Of a stretch of DNA of 64,000 bases, positions 18,085 through 29,930 are shown piece after piece. The translations under genes and the position numbers were made by a program. The DNA is from Monocercomonoides exilis PA203 (Eukaryota > Protista > Preaxostyla). Position 1 is the stretch's first letter. Every line of letters starts with the position of its first letter. The stretch is from the NCBI GenBank assembly GCA_001643675.2, contig LSRY02000038.1:186001-250000 (forward strand). The letters are read 5' to 3'. The notes beneath the pieces are model-generated. The model worked only from the letters and a program-made list of their open reading frames with translations, was not told where the DNA came from and did not search any database.

Positions 18085-18853
18085 TCTGTTTATATTGTGC
18101 TTCTTCTTCTTCTTCTTCTTTTATTTTTTCAATTTTTTTGAAATTTAATAGAAAAAGAAGAAGAATTTGATTGGGCAAGGCTGAAAGAAAAGAAAAGAAA
18201 GAAAGGAAAGAAAGAAAAGCGAACAAGAATGTTGTATTTATATCGATGGGGAATTTGACATGAACGCATTTTGCATCTGTTTTGGTTGATTCATTTTTGA
18301 ATTGATGGATTCTGTTGCATTTCTTTGAGAAGTTCAATGATATGAATCGAATATTTAATTTTATATTTGTTTAAAAAAAAAAAATAATTGTTTTATGACT
18401 CTCTTTTCAAACGGTTTATTTCTTTATGAATCTTGAATGTTATTTTAATTTTTCTGTTTATTTTTGCTGATTTCAAAATTTTTTAATTTACTATTTTGCT
18501 TCATTGCCTTTTTTTCTTGTATTTAATCGTCTGAAAGAATTGCATTTTTTGAAGTGTATTTTGTGTGTTTCTTTGAGCAAAGAATACATTTTGTAATTCA
18601 CATCAAATTTTTTATTTTCTTTTGATTTTTGTTTTATTTTTAAGATTTGAAGAATAAATGCTTTAAAAAATGGAATTCGACAAAAAGGATGCTGTTTCAA
18701 TATGAGGTTTTCTTTTCTTTTCACTTTGATTTATGTTGATTTTTTAACTCAAAAAGAAGTTTCTGCAACTTTGAAATGTAAATAAAAAAAAGAAAAAGAA
18801 AAAGAAAAAGAAAAAAGAAAAAAGAAAAAAGAAAAAAGAAAGTGAGAAAGAAA

Positions 18854-19270
18854 ATGCTTCTTCTTCCTTTATTAATTCTTCTTCTTCTAATTCTTCTTCC
18901 TCTATTTCTTCCTTCTTATTCAAATCAAGCATTCATTTCATCATCATCTCATTCATTTAATCCTTCTTCTTCTTCTTCCTCCTCCTCCTCCTCCTCTTCT
19001 TCTTCTTCCACTTCTTCCACTTCTTCTTCCTCTTCTTCTTCTTTTTCCTCATTTTCTCCATCTTCTTCATCTCCTTCCAAAATTTCACCTTTCTCCCCTT
19101 CTTTCCTATCCGCAGAAGAAGATCCATTATCTTCTAATTATTCTTTTCCCTCTTCTTCTTCTTCTTCTTCTCTTCCTCTCAGCGACTTCACAATAGAAAA
19201 CACACAAATAGAAACTTTTTCCATCACTTCAGGTGCAAAATCTGTTTCAAGAGAGAAAAAAAACAAGTGA
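18854..19270 (+). CDS. Possible short or truncated secreted Ser-rich protein (may be an orphan first exon)
   Basis: MLLLPLLILLLLILLPLFLPSYS signal-like start, Ser-rich tract, then DFTIENTQIETFSITSG. No downstream exon identified; could be a repeat artefact. Confidence 0.3.
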   Translation: MLLLPLLILLLLILLPLFLPSYSNQAFISSSSHSFNPSSSSSSSSSSSSSSSTSSTSSSSSSSFSSFSPSSSSPSKISPFSPSFLSAEEDPLSSNYSFPSSSSSSSLPLSDFTIENTQIETFSITSGAKSVSREKKNK

Positions 19271-19792
19271 AGATGAATAAATAAAAGAAAAAAGAAAATT
19301 CAATTATGAAATAAGAAATAGAGTGAAATAAAAAAAAAACATTTATTTCTACAAAGTTTTGCTGAAAAAAAAATGAATTTTGGTTGATAACTGTATTTTG
19401 GGATGAAATTATTTGCTTTTTGAATTTTGTTTCACCAATCATTTTTGAATCTTTTTCGTTGCAAAATAATTCTTCAATATAATTTTTGATGAAAATGAAA
19501 ACTGTTTTCATAGAAATTATATTTATTTTTTGAAAAACAAAGTCGATTGATTTCAAAAAGAAAAAGGATTTTAATTGCGAAACAATAAAGTGTGTAATTT
19601 TCATATTTTCCGAATTCTGTACGAACAATTGTTGTTTAAAACAATATTTTTTTAGTTATCGCATAATATTTGTCTTTATTGAATTATTATAATAAAGTTC
19701 CGATTATTATTTCTTTTTAATGGTTGATCATCTATGACCCTTAATAATAATAATTCAAAGAAGAAAAAAGAAAATCGATTTATCTCATCAAA

Positions 19793-22700
19793 ATGAATCT
19801 AATGATGGTTATTGCTGCAATATTGGTGAACATTATCAATTTGCATTGCTTGTGCAACGATGCCACAAATGACAAAGTTGGAACAATTCCAGAAACAGAT
19901 AATTTGCAAATGATTCCTACAAGCGGTTGGACAACTTCAATAGAAGCTGAAAATAGTTACAATAAAAAGGAAACTTATATGCAAGCACATTATTGTGAAA
20001 AGAGTTCTGAACATGATGAATCTGAGGGATGGAAAGGAAAATGGAGAAAGAATCAAAACAACAGAATTGAATCGGCAAACACAAACACAAACAGGAATAT
20101 CGTCAAAATTGAAGGAGATGCATCAAATATTAGCATCCACAATGAAAAGAAGGTTGAAGAAGGAATTGAAGAAAGCAAGATGAAAAGTCACATTATTGTG
20201 GATAATTCATCTCTGTTGTGCATGAATTTGGGGATGAAGGCAAATGGATTTACAAGTTCATTAACCTTAAGAACTGAAAGTGTAGCGAAGATTATTGGAT
20301 GCCATTTTGAGGTTAGAAGTGAGATAAGTCCATTTGATTTGTGTGGCAGTCGAATATCTCTGTCAAACTTGACACTTCGATTTTGGAATGCACAACAAAC
20401 TCAGATGCCTCCTCTTTTCTCCTCGCAAATGAGTGCATCAAAAAGTCACTCGGCCAATTGTGTCTCTGTTTGCTCTTCATGCTTTTCTTCATTCCAGATG
20501 TCTTCTCCCCCATTTCTGTCATCACCCTTTATTGAGAGTGTTTCACTCACAGATTTGATTTTCTCCAACATTTCAACAGTTCCAACACGCAGAGGGATTC
20601 ATTTTGATTTGGGATGTGGATGTTCCACTCTGATGAATGGCTGCTCATTTTCATCAGTCTGTGATGTGTATGATGGAGGGATTATTCCTTCTCTGAACAA
20701 TCCTTTGGCCTCTTTGACAGCCTCAAACACCTCTTTTGTTGGATGCACACGCACAGGAAATGTTGAATTCATTGGAAGTAAGGAAAACCCATCGAAGCCA
20801 GGGAGACAGAATGAAACAGAAAATGGGCAAAACACATTTATTTGGTGCGAGTGGAACGGATCGAGAGCTACAGGAGAAAGCGATTCATGGTCAGATGGAA
20901 TATCAAGTGGAGGGGCCATTTTCATGCACAATCTGGGAAATGGAGAACTTTCAGTTTTGCATTGTCTTTTTAACAATTGCTTTGGATTCAATCGTGGAGG
21001 TGGAATAATGTGTCATGGAGTAAAGTCTGTGCATATCGAAAACAATTTGTTCAACTCTTGCACGGCACAAAATCAGTTTGGAGGAGGAATGTACGCTTAT
21101 TATATAACTTCGTGTGTTCGGGTTAGTGAATGCGAATTCCAGAACTGCAGAGCAAACGATGCTGGAGGAGGACTTCTTCTCGAAATTTTTCAAGATTTTG
21201 GAGCAGGGTGCATCGGAATGGAAAATGAGGATGAGAAGAGTGTGTGCGTTTTTGACTGTAGCTTTTCTTCATGCTCACTGAATGGAAATAGTGGTGGAGG
21301 CATATGTTGTCAGTATGTTCCCAATCAATTCAAAATGAGGAACATTCTGTTTATTTCATGTTCAGCTAATGAATATGGAGGAGGACTGTATTTCAGACCA
21401 GAAAAAACAAAAAAACCAGATGATGGTTTCTATTGCTATTTCCTCTTTTTCCATGAATGCAGATGCAGAATAACATCAACTCCAAATGGTCATGACATCA
21501 TATATTATGATCAAAATAATCTCTATTTATCAGAAAATAATCCATTCTATGAATGCTACACAACAAACACAGATGGCCAGAGAATGTGCTACGGATATGA
21601 TTTATCGAACTCTGGGAGCTGGATATTTCAGCTCACAGAAAAGAAGGAGTGGCTTAACGATTGGACGAAGGTTTTGTTTGTAGGAGTGAACGGAGATGAC
21701 TCAAATGGGCTATGTGGGATGGGCGAATCGGTGCCGTGCAAGACAGTGGGACATGCAGTAGAGACGGGCTTGGAAGAGCTGAGCTCATCTGTCACGCTGT
21801 TGGAAGGGAATCATCAAAGTGAGACAGCAACTATTGATATTGGAGAAAAGAAGATTTCAATCATTGGGAAGGGAAGGAGATTAAGTTTGATAGGAACAGG
21901 GGCACTTTCATCGACAGGAGCGCTGTTCAGTGTATCAACAGGTCACCTTGGTTTATTGCACATGAAGGTCGATTGTAACTCAATAGCTGAAACTTCACCG
22001 AGTGTGGTTGCGGTGTCTGATTGGAGCGGGTCACTTTCATTGGAGGATGTTGTGATCTCGTCAAGTGTTGCTGGAACGAATGTAATATCATCATCTGTAT
22101 TTGTGGTGGCGCTGTCACAGCTGAGGATGATTGATGTGGAGATCAAAGATATGAAAGTTAGCCAGCCTCTGTTCTCAGAACCATCATCAGGAGAAGCTGA
22201 ATCAGATGAGAGTTTTCTGTCAAATGTGACAATTCGGAATGTGAATCTGACTGAAGGAGATGGAGTGGTTGTGGCAAAGAATGTGAATGGAGAGGAGACA
22301 TTTGTGGTGAGCAACACAACAATAGAGCAATGTGTATGTGAGGATGGGAATGGAGGAGGAATATATGTTTGTTTGCAAGGAAATGGGAAAGTGGTTGTGA
22401 ATGGAACAAGTTTGATTGATGGATGTGTTGCAATGGGTATTGAAGGAAATGGAGGGAGAGGAGGAGGATTATTTGTGGTGATGGATAGCGGGGGATGTGG
22501 GTTGACAATTGGAGAGAATGTTGAGTTTTCGAAAGTGAATGAGAATGTGGCTTCATATGGGAAGGATGTGTTTGTTCATTGTGGGAGTGGTGTGTTTTTG
22601 GAGTCCAAAGTGAATACAAACACATTTGCATTTTTTGACAGAAGCGCCCTTCCATCAGATGTGTTGAAGCTGAGTGGGAGTGAAAATGGGGATGAAAGTG

Positions 22701-25700
22701 GAGTGATTCCACTGTTTGTATATTTGTGCACAATGGGAACGAAAATAATTGTTGATGGGAGTGGAGGAAATGGAATGGATCACAATCGATGTGGATTTGA
22801 AGGGTTTGGATGCTTGACAGTTGATTATTGTGCGAACTCAAGAATGAGTGATATTTCAAAAGAAATAGAGGTAGCTTCATCTTCGTCAATAAAGGATGAA
22901 ATTGAAATATCTTCAATTGGTGTGATAATTTCAGGCAGAATAATATCATCATCATCAGATGAAGGGGAGAAAATACAGGTGAATGTGAGTGATGGAGGAT
23001 CAGCCACACTAGATTGTCTTGTTGGATGTTCGAGTTCACTGACAATGAGGAGACTTTCATTTGTTGTGAAAGGTCCGTTGAATTCAAGGAGAAGTGCATT
23101 CATTCATTCAACATCAACGCTCAGTGTGACGAACTGTTCAGTCTCATTTGAGAATGGGGCATTAACAAGTGGAATGATAGGATACTATGTGATAAACATT
23201 GAGGGAGGAGAATTAATTATGAATGGATTTGTGATGGAAAGTTCAGTGACAATGAATGGGAAATCGCCAATTACGATGACAAGTGGAGCTCAATTGGAGA
23301 TTTTGAACAGCAAAGTGAGTGGAGTGGAAGTGGAAGGTGGGAATGGAGGGGGATGTTTGAATGTGGAGATGAAGGAAGGAGGAAATGTGAATATTGAAGA
23401 ATTCAATTTGTCCTCGACATGCTCAGATGGAAGTGGAATGAAAGGAGGAGGGATGATGATATCATTGGGGAAGGGAGGGAGTTTGGAAATGAAAAATGTG
23501 AATTTGTCTGAATGTGAAGTTCCATCAGAGGATATTGAGGATGGAGGAAGAGGAATAGGAGGAGGGATATTTGTTGAACTTCCTGATCAAATGGGATCAT
23601 TTGTGATGGAAGGAATGGAATTTGAGGGATGCGATGCTTGGAAGGGGAAGAATATGTTTGTTTCGGGATGGGATCTGAGAGAGATTGTGAACAAGGAGCA
23701 CCTGAAATGGGAGATAAAGGAAGAAGAGTTGGGATCGTTGGATGAGTTGCGTGGATGGGAGAGGAAGACAACAGGAGAGGAGGGATATGTGATTCCACTT
23801 GTTGTGTATTTGTGGAGGAACTGGAGTGGGAATGGGTTTGTTTCGAGAGAGAAAGGAGGAGACTTCAGTGGATGCGGATATTCAGAAGTTCCATGTTCAT
23901 CAGTTGATCACTTGATATCACTGAGATATGAACCACTTGGAGAAGGAGAATCACACATCAAAATTGTTGGATCAGGATTGCTCCAGAAATCGATTTCATT
24001 TTTATCATCATCATCATTATCAATAACTCCAGTTGTGTCAATTGAGGGAGAAAATGAAGAAACAAATCTGAAAGTGAGTAAGGAAGGAAGGAATGAAGGA
24101 GAAGAAGAAGAAGGGGGAATGATAACATCGAATGTTGTTGTTTCATTCACTAATTTATCATTTTCTCTTCCAAATGAACTTGTTTCTCATTCATCGCTCA
24201 TCCAATCCTTGTCATCCTCAGCAACATCACTTTCTATCAAGAGGTGCTCATTTGTTTGTGAGGATTCAACAAAGGAAACGAAATATTGTCTGATAAAAGC
24301 AGATGGAGGGAGTGTGGTGATTGAGGATTGCACCCTTTCCCAGTTCAATCTGGCAAAAGGGTTTGTCGAATTCACAGCAGATGTGAAGAGTATTGATGTG
24401 ATGAATGTGTCAGTTTCGAACACAACAATCTCAGAAAGCAGTCTGATATCGCTGAGTCAGCCATCCCCAACAAATGTGTTGATCAACAAAGCAAGAGAGA
24501 ACGCAAAACAAATCGTGAGGGTGAACAGCTCCTCATTTGCAAACATCACATGTGTGGAGAACAGGGCATGTGTGATGAGTGTGGGATCGTTCTTGAATGG
24601 GATGGAATGTGTGATTGAAGGGTGTGTGCTGACGAAGTGCATGAGCGAGAGAAGCTTGGAAGGAGGAGGGATGAAGATGTTGATGAAGAGAGGCGAGTCA
24701 GAGGTGAAAGTGAGTGGGTGTTCGTTTGGGATGTGTGTGTGCTCAACAGGGAATGGAAGGGGAGGAGGGATGATGATTGATGCACTTGATCCGAATGGGG
24801 AATGCTCCAACACGGAAATGCCACCACTTGGGCTGAGATTGGAGAACATCCGATTCATGATGAATGATGCATTTGTGGGGAAGGATGTGTTCATCCGATG
24901 CGACTCGATTGACTTGCAGCTGAATGAAAGACTGTTTGGATTGGACTTCAGCCAGGAGGCACTGAAGGGGAAGGACTCGATGTGTGGGAGCGATGGAGAA
25001 GGGAAAGTTGATGTTGATCTGATGCCGCTGATCACATTCTATTATTCTTCACAGGTGTTTGTGTGTGTGAATGGGAGTGACAACAGGCAGTGTGGAGCAC
25101 AGAACAATCCGTGTGAGAGCATTGGAAATGCTGTGCTGCACATTCAAAGAAGCATGATGAATGTATTGTGGATTGATGGGGAAGGGATGATGGGAGAGGA
25201 ATGTGTGATTGGGGATGTGAGGATGGTGTCGATGGGGAGGGAGAAGGCGACAGTGCATTTTGAGGGGAAGATGGAGGAAAGAGGAGAGGAGAGGAGCATG
25301 ATGGTGTTTGTGAATGAGAGTGTGGTGGAGAGGTGTTTGTTTGTGTTTGGAGAGATGTTTGAGAGCACACAGAAATATGTTGTGAAAGTGAAGGAGGGGC
25401 GGATGGTGATGAATGAATGCTCATTTGAGGGTTCAGCCAGTGGGATGGGAAAGATGCTGAAGAACACACTGGTTGGAGTGGAGGGAGGAGAGATGGAGAT
25501 GGTGAGATGCACAATCAGGCGCATCCATCATTGTGGCAGATTGGTTGTTTTCTGTGGAGAATCATCGAGAGTGATAATGAGTGAGACAAGGATTTGGGAT
25601 GTGGAATCAGAGGGAGATGTGGTTGTTGTGGAAGGGGAGGCGAGAGTGAGTGTGAAAGAAGTGGAGATGGAGAACATAACAATAATTGGGGAATGGAGTG

Positions 25701-28006
25701 TGATGGGGATGAGGGGGTGTGGAGATGGGAATCTGTCAAACTGCACATTCAGTGGGTGTGAGAGTGGAAGAGAGAAGGGAGGGGTTGTTTGGTTGAGCAA
25801 TTGTGAGGATGTGAGGATTGAGATGTGTGATGTGTGTGGAGGAGTGAACAGGGCAGATGAAGAAAGAAAATTTATGGAGATGAATGAGAAGGAGGAAAAG
25901 GAGGGAAGAGAAAGGATATGCAAGTGGAATGGATCGATGGTTGGGGTTGAGAGGAGCAGGGTTATGATGAAGGATACGAGGATTCGGGAGAGTGGGAAAG
26001 GGGGATTGTCTGTGAGTAGAGGAAGTGTGACAATTGAGAAAGGAGAGTTTGAGAACAACAATCCATTCATAGAAAAATATCCATCAGTGAGAAGAAATAT
26101 CCTTTGTTCTGATTCTGGAATATTGACCATCTCCAGTTTGAAAGGAGGAGATGGACAAGAGAAGAACACTTCCCTTTGGATTTTGAATGATGGATGCACC
26201 CTTGGTGGAATAGCAGGAGAAAGGTCATCTCCTTTCTTCATTCCCAAATTGGAAGAAGTTTCAATCAGTGAAAATGATAGAGATGTTGTTGTGAAATTCA
26301 AGGGATCCCTTTTTGTGCCATGTGACTTGTCATTCAAACTTGTGTATAAAACAGGGGATGTGGAGTTGGTTGAGACATATCCTTTTGAGGAAGATGGTTT
26401 TGTTTCTGAAACAGAAGTGATTGGAAGAATTTCATCAGAAAATATTTCAGCAATTGCAGATGAAACAGAGGTGTCTGTGATGATTTTGTTTGGGAAGCCA
26501 TTTGCAGAGACTTCTCCACAGATACTGAAGAACAGAAGTGAGTCCAAGGTGAATGGAGATGAAAAAGTTGTTAAAGGAGGGAAAGAAGGGAAATCTTATT
26601 GGTTATTGATTGTGATTGTTCTTGTAATTATGTTTTTGATTGTTTTGATTGTATCTGTTGTTTTGGCTGTCCGATGGAGGAAGGCGAAGAATGAAGCGAA
26701 AGATTTGAGAGAGATAGTGAATGATAACATCAGAAAGGATCCGAAGGCGTTTGAGATGGTGACGATGGAGATGTCACCAGAGGAGCAGTGGAGGAGAGCA
26801 GAGAGGGAGGCGGAGAAGAAGAATGAAGAGAAGATGAAGAAGAGGGTGTATGCGAAAAGCTTGGGACACTCAGAGTCATCAGAGCATTTGTTGAGTGAGA
26901 GTGGTTCAACTGAATACATATTGGGAAGAGACTCAGACAAGATACCAGATTGGACGCTGGAGAAGGTTGAAGAAGAAGAGATTCGAAAGAGATCACCATC
27001 ACCATCCATTTCATCCACTTCAACAACAGATACAGACTCGACATTTGTTCGAAGGGAGGAACTGTGTCCAACCACCTCTTCGATGTCGAATCTGGTGGAT
27101 GCAATGGCCTGCTCATCCCCTCATGAGAAACTGATTGTGGATCTGAGAGATTCACTGTTCATGTTGCTTCATGGAAGGAATAAGACAAAGGAGATGGCCA
27201 TTGGAAGTCTTCAAGAGAGGGAGCAGACAGCTGCTCAGATCCTGTTCTGGGTGGCAAATGGAGCTCTCCATTCCTTTGATGAAATGGAAAATGAGCTTTC
27301 CTCTTTGGCCAATCTCAGTCCCCACATTGTGCTGTTCTCAGAGCACATGGTCATCTGCATTGCTCTCCACTCCGACTGCTCGTCAGACTCTGACACTTCC
27401 TCCATCTCTTCAGCCTCCACCATGGTCACATCTTCCTCTGATGTTTCTGTGAAGAGCGAGAGATTCACCAAGTCGCCATTTCCTTCATCAGCATTTGAGG
27501 AGGATGATGATTTCAAAAAAGAGTGCCTGAGGTGGAAGGCACCTGAGCTGCTGATCAACAAGAAGATGGGAGCAACAAAGGAGTCAGTTGTGTTTTCGAT
27601 CGGGATGATGCTGTGGGAGTGCTTGACTCTGGATATCCCGTTTGGAGAATATGATGCGGAGACAGCAGGGCAGAAGATAACATTTGGAGAAAGGCCATCG
27701 CGAAAGATGATTGCAGGAAGGGGAATGGATGAGGTTGTTGGAAGCTGCTGGGAAGAGGAAGCGAGCAAGAGGATGGGGCTGTTTGAGGTGAAGAAGGAGC
27801 TGTTTTCGCACTTTCCAGCGAATGCAGCTGTGGTGACAGCCTCAGATGCGATTGCATATGCTGAGAGCTCAGAAAGTGAGTCAGATGATGAAAAGGAAGG
27901 GAAAGATATTCACCAATCAACAACAACAAACACATCCACCACAACTTCTTCAACAGTTTCTTCAACAGCAACATCAAAAACAAGAGAAAATGAAAGGAGT
28001 GGATGA
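19793..28006 (+). CDS. Surface receptor-like protein: signal peptide, beta-helix/pectin-lyase-like ectodomain, TM, degenerate tyrosine-kinase-like C-lobe
   Basis: Intronless 2737-aa ORF. Repeated GGG(I/M/L) and F..C motifs; four D..CG....(P/G)C.(T/S) caps; TM YWLLIVIVLVIMFLIVLIVSVVLAV; kinase C-lobe motifs LRWKAPE, SVVFSIGMMLWE, IPF, GERP, SCW. Confidence 0.9.
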   Translation: MNLMMVIAAILVNIINLHCLCNDATNDKVGTIPETDNLQMIPTSGWTTSIEAENSYNKKETYMQAHYCEKSSEHDESEGWKGKWRKNQNNRIESANTNTNRNIVKIEGDASNISIHNEKKVEEGIEESKMKSHIIVDNSSLLCMNLGMKANGFTSSLTLRTESVAKIIGCHFEVRSEISPFDLCGSRISLSNLTLRFWNAQQTQMPPLFSSQMSASKSHSANCVSVCSSCFSSFQMSSPPFLSSPFIESVSLTDLIFSNISTVPTRRGIHFDLGCGCSTLMNGCSFSSVCDVYDGGIIPSLNNPLASLTASNTSFVGCTRTGNVEFIGSKENPSKPGRQNETENGQNTFIWCEWNGSRATGESDSWSDGISSGGAIFMHNLGNGELSVLHCLFNNCFGFNRGGGIMCHGVKSVHIENNLFNSCTAQNQFGGGMYAYYITSCVRVSECEFQNCRANDAGGGLLLEIFQDFGAGCIGMENEDEKSVCVFDCSFSSCSLNGNSGGGICCQYVPNQFKMRNILFISCSANEYGGGLYFRPEKTKKPDDGFYCYFLFFHECRCRITSTPNGHDIIYYDQNNLYLSENNPFYECYTTNTDGQRMCYGYDLSNSGSWIFQLTEKKEWLNDWTKVLFVGVNGDDSNGLCGMGESVPCKTVGHAVETGLEELSSSVTLLEGNHQSETATIDIGEKKISIIGKGRRLSLIGTGALSSTGALFSVSTGHLGLLHMKVDCNSIAETSPSVVAVSDWSGSLSLEDVVISSSVAGTNVISSSVFVVALSQLRMIDVEIKDMKVSQPLFSEPSSGEAESDESFLSNVTIRNVNLTEGDGVVVAKNVNGEETFVVSNTTIEQCVCEDGNGGGIYVCLQGNGKVVVNGTSLIDGCVAMGIEGNGGRGGGLFVVMDSGGCGLTIGENVEFSKVNENVASYGKDVFVHCGSGVFLESKVNTNTFAFFDRSALPSDVLKLSGSENGDESGVIPLFVYLCTMGTKIIVDGSGGNGMDHNRCGFEGFGCLTVDYCANSRMSDISKEIEVASSSSIKDEIEISSIGVIISGRIISSSSDEGEKIQVNVSDGGSATLDCLVGCSSSLTMRRLSFVVKGPLNSRRSAFIHSTSTLSVTNCSVSFENGALTSGMIGYYVINIEGGELIMNGFVMESSVTMNGKSPITMTSGAQLEILNSKVSGVEVEGGNGGGCLNVEMKEGGNVNIEEFNLSSTCSDGSGMKGGGMMISLGKGGSLEMKNVNLSECEVPSEDIEDGGRGIGGGIFVELPDQMGSFVMEGMEFEGCDAWKGKNMFVSGWDLREIVNKEHLKWEIKEEELGSLDELRGWERKTTGEEGYVIPLVVYLWRNWSGNGFVSREKGGDFSGCGYSEVPCSSVDHLISLRYEPLGEGESHIKIVGSGLLQKSISFLSSSSLSITPVVSIEGENEETNLKVSKEGRNEGEEEEGGMITSNVVVSFTNLSFSLPNELVSHSSLIQSLSSSATSLSIKRCSFVCEDSTKETKYCLIKADGGSVVIEDCTLSQFNLAKGFVEFTADVKSIDVMNVSVSNTTISESSLISLSQPSPTNVLINKARENAKQIVRVNSSSFANITCVENRACVMSVGSFLNGMECVIEGCVLTKCMSERSLEGGGMKMLMKRGESEVKVSGCSFGMCVCSTGNGRGGGMMIDALDPNGECSNTEMPPLGLRLENIRFMMNDAFVGKDVFIRCDSIDLQLNERLFGLDFSQEALKGKDSMCGSDGEGKVDVDLMPLITFYYSSQVFVCVNGSDNRQCGAQNNPCESIGNAVLHIQRSMMNVLWIDGEGMMGEECVIGDVRMVSMGREKATVHFEGKMEERGEERSMMVFVNESVVERCLFVFGEMFESTQKYVVKVKEGRMVMNECSFEGSASGMGKMLKNTLVGVEGGEMEMVRCTIRRIHHCGRLVVFCGESSRVIMSETRIWDVESEGDVVVVEGEARVSVKEVEMENITIIGEWSVMGMRGCGDGNLSNCTFSGCESGREKGGVVWLSNCEDVRIEMCDVCGGVNRADEERKFMEMNEKEEKEGRERICKWNGSMVGVERSRVMMKDTRIRESGKGGLSVSRGSVTIEKGEFENNNPFIEKYPSVRRNILCSDSGILTISSLKGGDGQEKNTSLWILNDGCTLGGIAGERSSPFFIPKLEEVSISENDRDVVVKFKGSLFVPCDLSFKLVYKTGDVELVETYPFEEDGFVSETEVIGRISSENISAIADETEVSVMILFGKPFAETSPQILKNRSESKVNGDEKVVKGGKEGKSYWLLIVIVLVIMFLIVLIVSVVLAVRWRKAKNEAKDLREIVNDNIRKDPKAFEMVTMEMSPEEQWRRAEREAEKKNEEKMKKRVYAKSLGHSESSEHLLSESGSTEYILGRDSDKIPDWTLEKVEEEEIRKRSPSPSISSTSTTDTDSTFVRREELCPTTSSMSNLVDAMACSSPHEKLIVDLRDSLFMLLHGRNKTKEMAIGSLQEREQTAAQILFWVANGALHSFDEMENELSSLANLSPHIVLFSEHMVICIALHSDCSSDSDTSSISSASTMVTSSSDVSVKSERFTKSPFPSSAFEEDDDFKKECLRWKAPELLINKKMGATKESVVFSIGMMLWECLTLDIPFGEYDAETAGQKITFGERPSRKMIAGRGMDEVVGSCWEEEASKRMGLFEVKKELFSHFPANAAVVTASDAIAYAESSESESDDEKEGKDIHQSTTTNTSTTTSSTVSSTATSKTRENERSG

Positions 28007-28524
28007 ATTGGTTGATTTGGAAGGAGAAAAAGTTTTGTTTTTGCATTGTTTCGAATTGAGTATTCATTAAAATTTTTAAGTCAATTTTATGTTGGCTTTT
28101 GTTTTTTGTTTTTTTTTTTTTGTTTTTGTTTGTTTTGAATAATTCTCAGTTTCTTTCCTTCTTGTTGTTATTCCAATCTATTTTGCGTGTCAGCACCTCT
28201 GTCTTGTTTTGTGCAAGAAAAAAAAATATTTGTTTTCATTTGTATATAGTCAATAATTCATCAATATTTGTGTGATAAAATATCTTTATTTGCTTGTGTT
28301 TTTGCAGCTGAATGTTTTTTGTTGTATATGTATGTATTTTTGATACTTTATCTGTTTTTATGTTTGTATTTTTGATTGGTTTTTATTTCAAAAAATACAA
28401 CACCAACACTTTATTATTTCAACAAAAACATACCATTTGATTATTTATTTTGCTTGTTTGTTGGCTTCTCGAATATCTCACAAACATTGTTCAAAGTGTT
28501 CTTTTTGGGGAGAACCAAATTGAA

Positions 28525-29930
28525 GAAAATATTGCAAATAATGAAGTGTTTCAATCAACATTGATTCAAATGATTTCTTATTTGTCAATGATATTGTTTT
28601 TGAAATTATTCCTTTTTGTTGCAAAAGAAAAAATGATTGATAAGGAACTCTTTTCTATCAAAGCAGTTTCAATGGAACCAAGCAAGAGATGAAAATCAAA
28701 GAAGAATGATAGAATGCTATTCAAAATGAATGAACAAATACATTTCAGTTTCTATGTTGAAGATGTTTTCAATGAGTTTTTCAAAACAATGAGAGAAAAG
28801 AATTTTTCAATGGAAAATGATGCTATGCATCTGAGGTACATTTGTCATAACAAATCCCAATACGAAACATGAACTGAATGATCCAACAAACTCCAGCAAG
28901 CAAATTCAACAAAAGAATGATTGCAGAAGAAAAGGATGAAACAAAAGAAAAGAAAGAAAAAATGGCGATTGACCTTTGTGAGCGCTCTCGATCTCCCTTG
29001 AATAAGAGATTTTTCTTTTCAATGAATGTACTCTTCAAGCACATTGCTCGCCTGTTGAAATTTGCATTGAAAAGTGAAATGGAATAAAGAACATAAAAGT
29101 CATTGAAATGGTAAATTAGTTTTGATTGGCGTTGCCATTGATCAAGAGTGAGAACGATAGCCTTTTTTTTAAAAAGAGAAAAAAATTTGAATGAAAAAAA
29201 ACTTGAAAAAAGATTTGTCAATTGATCTGTTCTTGTTTGAAACGAGGTAAGCTTTCAAGCGTATTCAGGAACACAAGTTCCTGACTCGTCTTGAATATCA
29301 AATATTTGTTAGCTTTCACTTGAAGACAGTTCAAGAAAATGTGAATGGTAAAGCACATGTGTGAATGTGCTCCATTACTAAAAAGAATCAGCAAGAGAAC
29401 TGGAAGAGCTCAAAAGGAGTTGAGCTAAAAAGAAAAGAGTGAAACAGAAAGATGATAAAGAAGTTATAGAGATGATTATTAAAAAGAAATAAAACCAATA
29501 TAAGAGACATTTCATTGGCTATTCCAGATGAAGATCAAAGAACGCACAAAGCCCTTTTCGAGCATGGTGTAGCTTTGCAGAACAACGAGGAAGTGTGGTG
29601 GTGAAATATTCCTTTGAAAAATGTTTGTATCCTTTTTAGGGCGATTTGAACGAGCGTGTCAAAAACAGAGGAATATCTTTCTAAAAGCTGGGTGATTAAA
29701 AAAAGTTTTGGAGGGACAAATGTTATTGCTTCAGAAATAAGATATGACCTCTCATTTTGTCAGAGGCGATGTGAAGCTTTCTGCAAGCCAATCCTTGTTA
29801 ACAATTGCTCAAGACAATGAATGAATTAAAAAAAATTATTGAAGATTAATTACAGAAAAACAAGAAAAGGAAAAGGATGAAGACATGATTGTCTTTTTCT
29901 TCTTTGAAGAAAATAGTTATTCGTTCTTGC
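28525..29930 (+). pseudogene. Heavily decayed copy of the 3-exon helical protein family
   Basis: Fragments appear in family order across frames: ELFS (28645), RMIAEEKDETKEKKEKMAIDLCE (28915), IARLLKFALK (29043), QEHKFLTRLEYQ (29267), ESARELEEL (29385), EDMIV (29880). Many stops and frameshifts. Confidence 0.7.
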
